A program made the translations under genes and the position numbers. A DNA stretch of 64,000 nucleotides from Candidatus Fermentibacteraceae bacterium (GTDB taxonomy: Bacteria > Fermentibacterota > Fermentibacteria > Fermentibacterales > JCC-6): assembly GCA_041750285.1 (NCBI GenBank), contig JBGSZS010000017.1, positions 1-64,000 of the forward strand. The letters run 5' to 3'. The notes beneath the pieces are model-generated. The model did not search any database. It was not told the DNA's origin and was given only the letters and a program-made list of their open reading frames with translations. This document shows, one piece after another, positions 38,918 through 47,894 of the stretch. Every line of letters begins with the position of its first letter. Positions within the stretch are counted from its first letter, which is position 1.

Positions 38918-40585
38918 TCAGAAAAGCCCGGTAACCTCGCCTTCGGCGGAGATCTCCATGGTCTCCGCCGCCGGCGTTCTCGGCAGCCCGGGCATGCGCA
39001 TGATGTCGCCCGTTATGGGCACAAGAAAACCCGCCCCCGAACTGATGACGATCTCACGCACGGTGACGATGAAGTCCTTGGGCCTTCCCAGAAGGTCGGG
39101 GTTGTCCGACAGTGAATTCTGTGTCTTGGCGATGCAGACAGGCAAACCCGCGTACCCGAACTTCGTAAGCAGCCTGAGGTCCTCCCTGGCATCAGGGGTG
39201 AAACTGATGTGGGAAGCGCCGTAGATCTCCCTTGCCACCTTTTCGATCTTCTCCTCGACCGGCAGCGACCAGTCGTAGAGTGGTTTGAACGCTTTCCCTG
39301 GACAGCGCGAGGCTTCCACGACCTTCAGGGCAAGGTCGGTCATCCCCTCGCCGCCCCGCAGAAATCCCTCGCCTATCGCCACCGGCACCGAAAGGCTTTC
39401 GCAACGGTCCGTGACGACTTTCAGCTCATCCGCCGTGTCAGTCGGAAACCTGTTCAGACAAATGACTGCGGGTACCTGGAATTTGGCGATGTTCTCGATG
39501 TGTTTCTCCAGGTTCGCGAGCCCGCGTGAAACAGCCCCCGGATCGGGAGTGGAAAGGTCCTTCTTCTTCACGCCTCCGTGCATCTTGAGAGCCCGGCATG
39601 TTGCCACCAGAACCACCGCGCACGGCGCGAAGCCTCCGTATGGGCATGTGATGTCAAAGAACTTCTCGGCGCCGAGGTCGAAGCCGAAGCCGGCCTCGGT
39701 CACCGTCCAGTCGGCGTGGGCCATGGCCATGCGTGTGGCTATGATGGAACTGCACCCGTGGGCGATGTTCGCGAAGGGTCCGCCGTGAACGAACGCCGGA
39801 GAGCCCTCGAGGGTCTGCACCAGGTTGGGTTTAATGGCATCCTTCAAAAGAAGGGTCATCGCACCGGCCACACCGATGTCCCTGGCCATGACAGGCTGAC
39901 CCGCGCCGGTGTAGCCCACCAGTATCCGGTCCAGCCTCTCATGCAGGTCGGCAAGGCTTCGCGACAGACACAGGATGGCCATTACCTCGCTGGCGGCTGT
40001 TATGTCGAAACCCGTCTCGCGTGGAACGCCCTGCCTTCGCCCCCCAAGGCCGATGACCGCCGAGCGCAGTGACCTGTCGTTCATGTCAAGCACCCTGCGA
40101 AGGCTCACCGTGCGGGAATCAAGGTTGGACGGGCTTCCCCAGTACAGGTGGTTGTCCAGCGCCGCTGCCAGAAGGTTGTGCGCGGCCCCAACCGCATGGA
40201 TGTCGCCGGTGAAGTGGAGGTTGATGTCTTCGGCGGGAACGACCTGGGAGTATCCCCCACCGGCTGCCCCGCCCTTCATGCCGAAAACCGGGCCGAGAGA
40301 CGGCTCGCGGATGGCGCAGCAAGCGGTTTTTCCAAGTTTCCGAAGCCCGTCGGTAAGGCCGATCGTCGTCGTCGTCTTCCCTTCGCCCGCCGGGGTGGGG
40401 GTGATGGCGGAAACAAGGATCAAACTTCCCTTCTTCCCTGTTTCACCAAGTTCGAGATCGATCTTCGCCTTGTATCTGCCGTAGTGCTCGAGGTGCTCTG
40501 GTGCAACTCCCAGTACACCAGCGATCTCCTCGATGGGTCGTATCTCGGCCCGGGCGGCTATTTGGGAATCGGATGGAAAAGCCAT
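38918..40585 (-). CDS. fhs: Formate--tetrahydrofolate ligase
   Basis: TPTPAGEGKTT, REPSLGP, KGGAAGGGY, HGGPFANIAHG, TEAGFG, MPGL. Confidence 0.97.
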   Translation of the reverse strand: MAFPSDSQIAARAEIRPIEEIAGVLGVAPEHLEHYGRYKAKIDLELGETGKKGSLILVSAITPTPAGEGKTTTTIGLTDGLRKLGKTACCAIREPSLGPVFGMKGGAAGGGYSQVVPAEDINLHFTGDIHAVGAAHNLLAAALDNHLYWGSPSNLDSRTVSLRRVLDMNDRSLRSAVIGLGGRRQGVPRETGFDITAASEVMAILCLSRSLADLHERLDRILVGYTGAGQPVMARDIGVAGAMTLLLKDAIKPNLVQTLEGSPAFVHGGPFANIAHGCSSIIATRMAMAHADWTVTEAGFGFDLGAEKFFDITCPYGGFAPCAVVLVATCRALKMHGGVKKKDLSTPDPGAVSRGLANLEKHIENIAKFQVPAVICLNRFPTDTADELKVVTDRCESLSVPVAIGEGFLRGGEGMTDLALKVVEASRCPGKAFKPLYDWSLPVEEKIEKVAREIYGASHISFTPDAREDLRLLTKFGYAGLPVCIAKTQNSLSDNPDLLGRPKDFIVTVREIVISSGAGFLVPITGDIMRMPGLPRTPAAETMEISAEGEVTGLF

Positions 40586-40600
40586 GAAAATCCCTTCTTC

Positions 40601-40834
40601 CTAGAAGCCGTTCGTGCTTGTTTTCTCGGGAGGCTCCACATTCACACGCTCCCGGGAGGGATGGATCACCTCTTCAAGGGTGGCCCCGGCCGGAAGTCCA
40701 AACCCTGCAAGAGGGAAGACAGCATATGAGGGAACCCCTTTGATCCTGCCGGATACTACACATTGCGCAGTACCTGACAACTCGGCCCGCTCCCTGGCTT
40801 TCCGGATGGCCTGGTTCAGATCGTGAAGGATCAT
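40601..40834 (-). CDS. Small hypothetical protein, probably co-transcribed with fhs
   Basis: 77-aa ORF with GAGG-rich RBS, 15 nt upstream of fhs. Confidence 0.55.
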   Translation of the reverse strand: MILHDLNQAIRKARERAELSGTAQCVVSGRIKGVPSYAVFPLAGFGLPAGATLEEVIHPSRERVNVEPPEKTSTNGF

Positions 40835-40890
40835 GCCGCCTCCCTCCTCGTATAATGGCTATGAACAGGGCCGCGGGCAAGAAAGGGAAC

Positions 40891-41034
40891 ATGAGAACGA
40901 AGATCCTGCTTCTTCTGACGGCGGGGATGCTGCTTCTGGGATGCACTCCCGGCGATGGGGGCGGTTGAGGAGCGTTTCGAGCCGGAGGGGTCCTCCAGCC
41001 CGAAACCTCGGAAACCACCGATACCACCAGATAG
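40891..41034 (+). CDS. Candidate tiny selenocysteine-containing lipoprotein (47 aa; TGA at 40966-40968 read as Sec)
   Basis: TATAAT at 40851, AAAGGGA RBS, signal peptide MRTKILLLLTAGMLLLG-C, GGG-TGA-G, SECIS-like hairpin, TAG stop at 41032-41034. Confidence 0.65.
40974..41006 (+). promoter_or_regulatory. Putative bacterial SECIS element
   Basis: GTTTCG-A-GC-C-GGAGG-[GGT]-CCTCC-A-GC-C-CGAAAC; G-led apical loop begins 20 nt after the TGA. Confidence 0.62.
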
Positions 41035-41038
41035 GGAA

Positions 41039-41061
41039 GAGGGAGGGTTTACCCCTCCCTC
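41039..41061. terminator. Hairpin between convergent genes
   Basis: GAGGGAGGG-TTTAC-CCCTCCCTC; no strong U-tract on either strand. Confidence 0.55.
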
Positions 41062-41073
41062 AAAAGGCTTGAG

Positions 41074-41559
41074 TCAGAACATTCCCCGTGGGGGTGGTGC
41101 CATTCCCTCGCGGGGATGATCAAGCCCTTCAAACCTTCTTCCGTGCTCTTCCCGCATGGCGGCAAGTTCGTCCAGCTGCTCCCGTGTGAGTATCCCGTGG
41201 ATCTCGCCAAGCGCGCCGGCGATGATGCCGTTCGCGAGCCGCATCTTCTCAAGCCTCTCATCGAGCATCGACTCGAATTCGCGTGAATCGAATTCGCTCG
41301 AACAGAAGTACTCCATCAATACGGGCCTCTCGTCTTCCCGGTCCGCTATGCCGGCAAGCTCAGCTTCCATTTCCTCCATGACCCCGAGAATCAGGTCCCT
41401 CTGGGATTCGGAAAGATTCAGGCGTTCCATGGCATGAAGGAAGCGGCCGATCAGGGGATGCCCCTCCCTTTCACCGGGACCACCACCCATGGGCTGGGCG
41501 GACACGAGTGAGGACGCGAGAAGCATCGTTGCGGTAACCATCCACATTGTCTTTCTCAT
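41074..41559 (-). CDS. Spy/CpxP-family periplasmic protein
   Basis: Signal peptide, LNLSESQ and ILTREQ LTxxQ-like motifs, Gly/His/Pro/Met-rich ends. Confidence 0.8.
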   Translation of the reverse strand: MRKTMWMVTATMLLASSLVSAQPMGGGPGEREGHPLIGRFLHAMERLNLSESQRDLILGVMEEMEAELAGIADREDERPVLMEYFCSSEFDSREFESMLDERLEKMRLANGIIAGALGEIHGILTREQLDELAAMREEHGRRFEGLDHPREGMAPPPRGMF

Positions 41560-41740
41560 CTCTGACTCCTTTCGTGCTCATGGCACGCAGGAAAGATGGC
41601 CAAAGGAACATTCGCCCGTGTTGCAGGGATGTAACGGAATGTAACAGGTCGACTGCCTCGGAATTGCAGGGTTGGAGGCCTTTGCCTATGGTACGGGACT
41701 GAACGGACCATAACGGATCACAGGTACCGGGAGGCACCGA

Positions 41741-42325
41741 TTGAGAATCCGAGCACTTTGGAGGACCGCAGCGATACTGCTTCTTGCTTCTCCGGAAGTG
41801 GTCTTCGGAACCGCTTTCGGGTGCCGCCGGGAGAACCCGGCCCGCTCCTTTCCCGTCTCCCACTTCACGATCAACGCGCCGCTCGGACCTTCCGAGGAGA
41901 TTCATCGGACAATCGACCTGCAATCCGACTTCGCATGGTTGTTCCCCGTGAAGGATGACCTGTTGGCAGGTCCGGGAGTGTTCGTCGGCGCCTGGCGCAA
42001 CGGAGGATGGCACTCACGGTGGGGGCTCGAAGCAACGGGCAACCTTTACCTTTCCGGATCGTCCCATCTCAGTGTCTCACCGGGGATCATCGTTTCAGAC
42101 AGCCCCTTCCCGGACGGGTTCGCCGGTTTCACCCTGGGAGTGGGGCTGGGTATCAACGACTGGGCCGGGCTGTCTTCCCGGGTGGATCTCACAAGGACCC
42201 CGGAATCATCGTACGAGCCCGAGTTCCATCTTGGTCTGAGGCTGGGCTCCATTCCCGGACTGGCAGCCACGACCATTGCCGGAGCAGCGGGAGCGATTGC
42301 CTGGCTTGAAAGCGAAATGGAATGA
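41741..42325 (+). CDS. Hypothetical exported, possibly beta-barrel, protein
   Basis: GGAGG RBS with TTG start, hydrophobic N-terminus, amphipathic beta-strand pattern. Confidence 0.6.
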   Translation: MRIRALWRTAAILLLASPEVVFGTAFGCRRENPARSFPVSHFTINAPLGPSEEIHRTIDLQSDFAWLFPVKDDLLAGPGVFVGAWRNGGWHSRWGLEATGNLYLSGSSHLSVSPGIIVSDSPFPDGFAGFTLGVGLGINDWAGLSSRVDLTRTPESSYEPEFHLGLRLGSIPGLAATTIAGAAGAIAWLESEME

Positions 42326-42837
42326 TGAAGGACAGCCAAAACCTTAAACCCACTGTATTCGTTGACGCCGACGCATGCCCGGTGAAGCAGGAGATATACC
42401 GGGTCGCCGCACGCTACGGCCTCCTTGTAAGGGTTGTGTCCAACTCCTGGATGCGCGTTCCCGATTCAGACCGAATCGAGCTCGAGGTGGTGGAAAAGGG
42501 CGAGGGTGTCGCTGACGACTGGATTGCCGAGCGCTCGGGGCCGGGCGACATCGTTGTAACCGGCGACATTCCGCTGGCCTCACGGTGTCTGAAGAACGGA
42601 TCATCGGTTCTGGGCAACACGGGCAGACCCTTCACGGAAGACAACATTGGCGACGTGCTTGCCACCAGGAACCTGTTCGCCGACCTGAGGGAGCAGGGCA
42701 TGACCATACGGGGTCCATCCCCCATGAGCGGACCCGACCGGTCACGGTTCCTTCAGGCCATGGATGTGCTTGTAAACAAACTGCTGCGCGATGCGGCAAG
42801 GAAGGCCGGGGCACCATGCGGCACCCCGGCCGGATGA
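42322..42837 (+). CDS. YaiI/YqxD (DUF188) family protein
   Basis: VDADACPVK, ADDWI, VTGDIPLA, FTEDNI. Confidence 0.9.
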   Translation: MMKDSQNLKPTVFVDADACPVKQEIYRVAARYGLLVRVVSNSWMRVPDSDRIELEVVEKGEGVADDWIAERSGPGDIVVTGDIPLASRCLKNGSSVLGNTGRPFTEDNIGDVLATRNLFADLREQGMTIRGPSPMSGPDRSRFLQAMDVLVNKLLRDAARKAGAPCGTPAG

Positions 42838-42838
42838 A

Positions 42839-44110
42839 TCAGAACCCTGCGGTGATCCCAAGGTTGATGAAGGCAACGCTCTTCTCGTACTGGTGCCCGG
42901 CGTAGTTGCCGGTTCCTTCCCCGTCCTCCATGAAGGCGTTTGCTGCCGAGAAGACCACTCCAACGTTCTCGGATGCCGCGTAACGCACCCCGCCGCCAAG
43001 CATGCTGTAGTTCACCATGTACTCGAAGTCGGTGAAGGTCTCGGGACCCCCGCCAAGATCGGAGAAAAGGTATCCCAGCCCCAGCTCGAACCGGGGGCCT
43101 GCCTTCCACTGAACGCTGCTGCCGGCCTCCCACCCGTCTTCGTACTGGTCGGAAAGGCCGTCGTCCTCGCCCTGGTCTGCGGCGCCCGTGAAGTAGTAGT
43201 TGCCCATGACGCCGATGGTCACGGTGGGCTTGACCTCGAACTGCATGCCCATACCAAGGACAGCCGGCAGGTCCCGGCGCTGAAGGGCGCCGTCGGCCAG
43301 CTCGGGGATCAGGGCGGCCCAGGTGTTCTGCGCGGTTTCGGCCTCCCACTCAAGGGGGGTGCTTGTCTCGTAGCGGACCGCAACGTTCACCCCGTTGGCC
43401 GGCATGAAGGAAACACCGATTATCCCGGCCATGCCTGAAGCCTCGCGGGTGCACTCCAAAGCGGCTTCGGTAGAACCGACCACCGTTCCGCTGTCGATGT
43501 TCACGATCGCGAATTCGGCACTGGCCTCGTAGTCACGAACGCCCTTGGTGAACCTGCCCGCAAGTGAGGCGGAAAGGGTCGGGGTGATGCGGTAGGCAGC
43601 GCCAACGGTTCCCGCGTAGTATGCCGCACCCGCCTCGATGTAGCCTTCCGTCATCGTGGCGATGTAGCTGGACCCGTACTGGTACTGGACAAGGCCGGTC
43701 TGGAGAACGGGCATTATGGGAAGCCCGTTTTCGTACTCGAGGGTTCCGCCGCCGGCGGGAATGGTGAAGGCGCCGAAGGCTGCAAGGTCGCCGGTCCGGT
43801 AGACGGCGTAGAAGTTGGGCAGGAAGGGCGTGGGCTTCGTGGTCTCGTACTCGGTCTCTTCCGCAGATCCCAGAGGCACCGCCGTTATCACGTAGTCCTT
43901 CGCGATGTACTGGGCGCTGGCGTTAACATGAAAGCCCTCGTCGAGGTGAACGAGACCTGCCGGGTTGTAGGTCACGAGATCGGCCCCGTCAATCGCGGCG
44001 TTCCTGGCCACGGCCATGAAGTAGTCGGCGCTTCTTCCGCCCAGGTAGTCGATGTGCCCGGCGTACGCGAACGATGCCGCCAGAACGGTCAGAACAAAAA
44101 CCTTCTTCAT
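42839..44110 (-). CDS. FadL/TodX-family outer-membrane transporter
   Basis: Signal peptide, YNPAGL motif, C-terminal Phe beta-signal. Confidence 0.8.
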   Translation of the reverse strand: MKKVFVLTVLAASFAYAGHIDYLGGRSADYFMAVARNAAIDGADLVTYNPAGLVHLDEGFHVNASAQYIAKDYVITAVPLGSAEETEYETTKPTPFLPNFYAVYRTGDLAAFGAFTIPAGGGTLEYENGLPIMPVLQTGLVQYQYGSSYIATMTEGYIEAGAAYYAGTVGAAYRITPTLSASLAGRFTKGVRDYEASAEFAIVNIDSGTVVGSTEAALECTREASGMAGIIGVSFMPANGVNVAVRYETSTPLEWEAETAQNTWAALIPELADGALQRRDLPAVLGMGMQFEVKPTVTIGVMGNYYFTGAADQGEDDGLSDQYEDGWEAGSSVQWKAGPRFELGLGYLFSDLGGGPETFTDFEYMVNYSMLGGGVRYAASENVGVVFSAANAFMEDGEGTGNYAGHQYEKSVAFINLGITAGF

Positions 44111-44138
44111 TGATTCCTCCCCTCTTTTCCTTGAAAAC

Positions 44139-45236
44139 TCAGAACCCCAGAAGCAGAACCCTCGGATAGTCAAGCGGGTCTTCCTCGTAGGCCGCAATGC
44201 CGTAAGGAGTGACGACGAAGGTCCACGATCCCATGTGGGCCGGCCCGGAAGCGGTGCCTATCCACTCACCGGTCGCCGTATCGTAGAGGTCGAAGACCGG
44301 CTGCCCTCCGTGACCCCTTCTTGCCCACAACCTTCCTTCGGAATCGATCCCAAGGGAGACAACCGCGAAGTGGAATTCCGAAGGCGTGTAGCTTTCACCG
44401 GCCATTGCCGGCCCTCCCCGTCCCATTCCGAGAAGCTGCTGACGCCTCTGCTCGTAGAGCTCCATCTCAAGGTCAAGCTCTTCGGATGTCTTGGGAACGG
44501 GAGAGTAGTCCGGACGGGTAAGGGATGCCAGACTGTTTCCGCTGGTGTCAAAAGCAAGGATCTCGTAGCTCTCCGAAGCAAGGGGAGAGTAGTAGACAAC
44601 GGAATCCAGAACCTCGATAGGTGGGTCGGGGTCCATGAACCGTGCGGCCATCTGTTCCGGGTCGAAGCGGCTCCACTCCTCGAAGAAGACAACGGAAGGC
44701 TCGGGGCTGTCAAGTTTCCAGCCCGCCAGTGCCTCGCCGTTGGTGCCCTCTTCCCTGTTGAAAAGCCCCTGGTGCCCCACGACAAGGTCACCGGAAGCGT
44801 CGATGGTAAATGGCGCCCTGGGGGTGAAACCCATCAGTGTGCCCGCATAACCCGTATCGGCGTCGAAAAGCTCGAACTCTCCCGCCCTGGGGTCGGTGAC
44901 CGCGACAATCCCCGAGCCCATGACGGCCATGTCGCGGCTGCTCAGAAGCTCACCGGGGCCCTCCCCCGGGCCTCCGAACCCGGCCAGGTACTCGCCCGAA
45001 ACCGAGAACACCCGCAGAGTCTGACGGTTGGAATCCAGGACAAGCAGCCTGCCGTTGGGCAGGAACTCGACCGATGCTATCACGCCGAAGACGAACCTCT
45101 CGTCACCGAGTTCTATCCCGACTGAATCCAGGGGAGTGAGTACAACGGCAGGCGATGCCTCTCCGGAGGTCTCTCCGGGAGGACCGCAGCCAATGAAAGC
45201 CAGAAGGACAAGAACTGACGGGGCAAGTCTTCTCAT
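44139..45236 (-). CDS. Six-bladed beta-propeller lipoprotein
   Basis: Lipobox FIGC, G.GEGPGE motif, DSEGRLW. Confidence 0.78.
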   Translation of the reverse strand: MRRLAPSVLVLLAFIGCGPPGETSGEASPAVVLTPLDSVGIELGDERFVFGVIASVEFLPNGRLLVLDSNRQTLRVFSVSGEYLAGFGGPGEGPGELLSSRDMAVMGSGIVAVTDPRAGEFELFDADTGYAGTLMGFTPRAPFTIDASGDLVVGHQGLFNREEGTNGEALAGWKLDSPEPSVVFFEEWSRFDPEQMAARFMDPDPPIEVLDSVVYYSPLASESYEILAFDTSGNSLASLTRPDYSPVPKTSEELDLEMELYEQRRQQLLGMGRGGPAMAGESYTPSEFHFAVVSLGIDSEGRLWARRGHGGQPVFDLYDTATGEWIGTASGPAHMGSWTFVVTPYGIAAYEEDPLDYPRVLLLGF

Positions 45237-45303
45237 GGGGCTCCTACGGGTTTATGCCGGGCACCATAACAGATTTCCGCACCCGGCACCAGAGAAGCCC
45301 TGT

Positions 45304-46638
45304 TCAGCGGTTCAGTTCAAAAAGAAGGCGGTCGGCTATGACGCGGTTGGCCGCGGGGTTCACATGGGCGCCACAGTGGTCGGTGTAAACTTCATTCACC
45401 TCGCCGTCAAAAAGACCGGCAAGGGAGATGAAGGGCAAGGTATCCGCAAGACTTCCTTCGTAAAGCTCGTATGAAGCGCAGAGCAGCTCCCTGAATGCGG
45501 GGTCCGAGCCCGCCAGAAAGCTTTCGAAACCGCCTCGAACGATCTCATTTTCAAAGTCGGTCAGTATCTTGTCTCCATACCAGACCGTCGGCTGCCAGAC
45601 GAAGAGACACCTGAAACCGTAACTTTCTGAAAGCGCCAGCACCACGCTGCAGTTCCCGAAGTAGGTTTCGACGACCTGTCCGGCCAGCGTGTCGGTATCA
45701 ATTCCCATGGTGCGGTAGGTGACAAGATCCTGCACCTCCAGTGGCCTGTTCCGTACGCTTCCCCGAAGGGCCGACACAAGGAGGAACGTGTTGGTGTTGC
45801 TCAGAATGGCCCTTAGCGGCGAAACCGTGGCAAAAGCTTCGGGACGCCCCTCCACCCGGGCTGCTATGACCTTCTGAGAGTGATGACCTCCCGCAGCGCC
45901 TGATTCGTAGGCTCCCCATACATCGTTGAACCCGTCGTAGAAGATCACGCAGTCGGGCACGTTGCCCGCCCTTAACTGAAGCACCAGTTCAACCAGTTCC
46001 TGGGAGGAAGAGTAAGCGACCTGCGCGAAGTTGCATACCGAAACGGGCCGGGACATCACGCTGTCAATGTCGGCCTGAAGGAAGCCTGCAATGGTGTTCG
46101 AGTCGGATACGCCGGTTCCCCACATGGCCGACCCCCCGAACAGGAACACCTTGTATGCCTCCGGGTCTTCCGAAGCGCCCGGCACCAGTCTGTGGTTGTC
46201 TTCCGTGATCGTCACACTGTCGCAGTTCAGGAGCGGATTGGACCGCCACACCACGAATGGCGCATATACGCCCTGAAGCACATTGGGCTCGATCTGTTCC
46301 AGGTGCCCCTCGGTGACTTTCCTTGCATGGACCCTCATGCACTCGGGGTTGATGACCTTCAGCAGAACGAGCGCAAAAGCCTCCAGAAGAACAAGGGCGA
46401 CTACCGTGTTAAGAATGAAGAGGGCAACCCCCCTGTAACAGCCTGGGAACTTCCGTCCGAGAAGACCGGCAGATACGAATGCCAGTCCGACGAGAGCAAA
46501 ACCGATCTGGTTTCTGCTCAGGCCTCCCTCGACGCTCAGGCCTGCCCTGTCCGAAAGGAACGCCACGGCTATCATGAGAACGCCAAGACAAAGACATGCT
46601 CCTCGAAGGAGTTTCACGGCACTGTCACTCATCGCCAT
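45304..46638 (-). CDS. Membrane-anchored SGNH/GDSL hydrolase-like protein
   Basis: Three N-terminal TM segments, FGGSAMWG, YDGFND, WQP, D..AH.N..AN. Confidence 0.78.
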   Translation of the reverse strand: MAMSDSAVKLLRGACLCLGVLMIAVAFLSDRAGLSVEGGLSRNQIGFALVGLAFVSAGLLGRKFPGCYRGVALFILNTVVALVLLEAFALVLLKVINPECMRVHARKVTEGHLEQIEPNVLQGVYAPFVVWRSNPLLNCDSVTITEDNHRLVPGASEDPEAYKVFLFGGSAMWGTGVSDSNTIAGFLQADIDSVMSRPVSVCNFAQVAYSSSQELVELVLQLRAGNVPDCVIFYDGFNDVWGAYESGAAGGHHSQKVIAARVEGRPEAFATVSPLRAILSNTNTFLLVSALRGSVRNRPLEVQDLVTYRTMGIDTDTLAGQVVETYFGNCSVVLALSESYGFRCLFVWQPTVWYGDKILTDFENEIVRGGFESFLAGSDPAFRELLCASYELYEGSLADTLPFISLAGLFDGEVNEVYTDHCGAHVNPAANRVIADRLLFELNR

Positions 46639-46779
46639 TCATAGACCCCCGTCTGATGATTGCCTGAAGTGATGCGAATATTGAGGACAACATAGACTTT
46701 CACACAGCAACATGCCAGAGCCGGGATTCAGTGTGTCAAAGCCTTGCCCGGAACAGCGGGGTTGGCTATAGCTTCACAA

Positions 46780-46890
46780 GTTCGGCCGCTTCCCGACCCC
46801 GGCTTCCTGTAGCACGGTGCCATGGAGACCGGGGCGACAGGGTTGCACTGGAAACGGTGCAGCCTCCCGTGTTTGGAAAGGGAAAGAACG
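46780..46890 (+). ncRNA. Moco/Tuco riboswitch, variant lacking P3
   Basis: CCGA...CCT...ATGG...AGGGT-TGCACTG-GAAA-CGGTGCA-GCCTCCCG...GGAAAGG landmarks in the tupA leader; upstream TTGCCC-17nt-TATAGC promoter. Confidence 0.85.
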
Positions 46891-46982
46891 CCGGTTGTTC
46901 CCGTCCCCGTTCAGGGGACGGCGTTCGATTCCTTCCCATGAACCGAGCCTGCGGCCGGGCTCGGAACCCATGAGGAGGGCAA

Positions 46983-47888
46983 ATGCATTCATGGCTTCGT
47001 TTCGCTGGCCTGGCACTGTGCCTGGCGCTCCTTTATCCCGGATGCGGCGAACAACCCGCGCCGGTTGGTGAAACCCCGGCGGCGGATTCCGCTGCTGTGG
47101 AGCAGCCCGAGGGATATCCTCCCCGGGAACGGGTTGAACGACTTCTTATCGCAACGACCACAAGCCTTTACGACACCGGTCTGTGGGCCTACATGGAGCC
47201 CATGTTCGAAGAGCAGTACGGTGTGGAACTCGACATCCTCTACGCCGGAACAGGCAAGGCTCTGGAGTGGGGCATGAGGGGCGACGTCGACGTGGTGGTC
47301 GTGCACGACCGCGCCCGTGAAGAGACCTTCATCGCAGACGGGTACGGGCTCTCCCGCACACCCTTTGCCTACAACTTCTTCGTCATCGCCGGTCCGCCGG
47401 ATGACCCGGCGGGCATCAGGGACATGGAACCGCAGGCCGCGTTCACGGCACTCAGCCAGAACGCCACGATACCCTTCATCTCGAGGGGCGACGAATCGGG
47501 CACCCACGCCCAGGAAAAGCGTCTCTGGGCAGCTGCAGGCCTCGACTACGAAACCATCCGCACATCGGGTGACTGGTACGTCGAGGCAGCGGCCGGCATG
47601 GGCCCCACGCTCAACATGGCCAACGAGATGAGGGGCTACGTCCTTGCCGACATCGCAACCTTCCTTGCTTACCAGGGCGATGTCGACCTTGAGATCATCA
47701 TCGGATCGGGCGATGCAATGAGGAACGTCTACGCAGTCATCCCCCTCAGCACCGCGAGGAACACCGAGATGGCCCAGAACATGGTGACCTTCCTGACCTC
47801 CCCCGAGATTCAGGAACTCATTGGCGCGTACGGCGTCGTCGAGTGGGGCCAGCAGCTCTTCACCCCCTGCGCCGGACAGGATCTCTAG
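46983..47888 (+). CDS. tupA: Tungstate ABC transporter substrate-binding lipoprotein
   Basis: ATTTSLYDTGL, GTGKAL, SRGDESGTH, GMG.TL motifs. Confidence 0.9.
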   Translation: MHSWLRFAGLALCLALLYPGCGEQPAPVGETPAADSAAVEQPEGYPPRERVERLLIATTTSLYDTGLWAYMEPMFEEQYGVELDILYAGTGKALEWGMRGDVDVVVVHDRAREETFIADGYGLSRTPFAYNFFVIAGPPDDPAGIRDMEPQAAFTALSQNATIPFISRGDESGTHAQEKRLWAAAGLDYETIRTSGDWYVEAAAGMGPTLNMANEMRGYVLADIATFLAYQGDVDLEIIIGSGDAMRNVYAVIPLSTARNTEMAQNMVTFLTSPEIQELIGAYGVVEWGQQLFTPCAGQDL

Positions 47889-47894
47889 CACTTC

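Noticed and set aside
40833..41072. 79-aa plus-strand ORF from the track
   Set aside because: Overlaps the lipoprotein frame, has no RBS, runs through the hairpin and looks non-protein-like; the 40891 frame explains the region better
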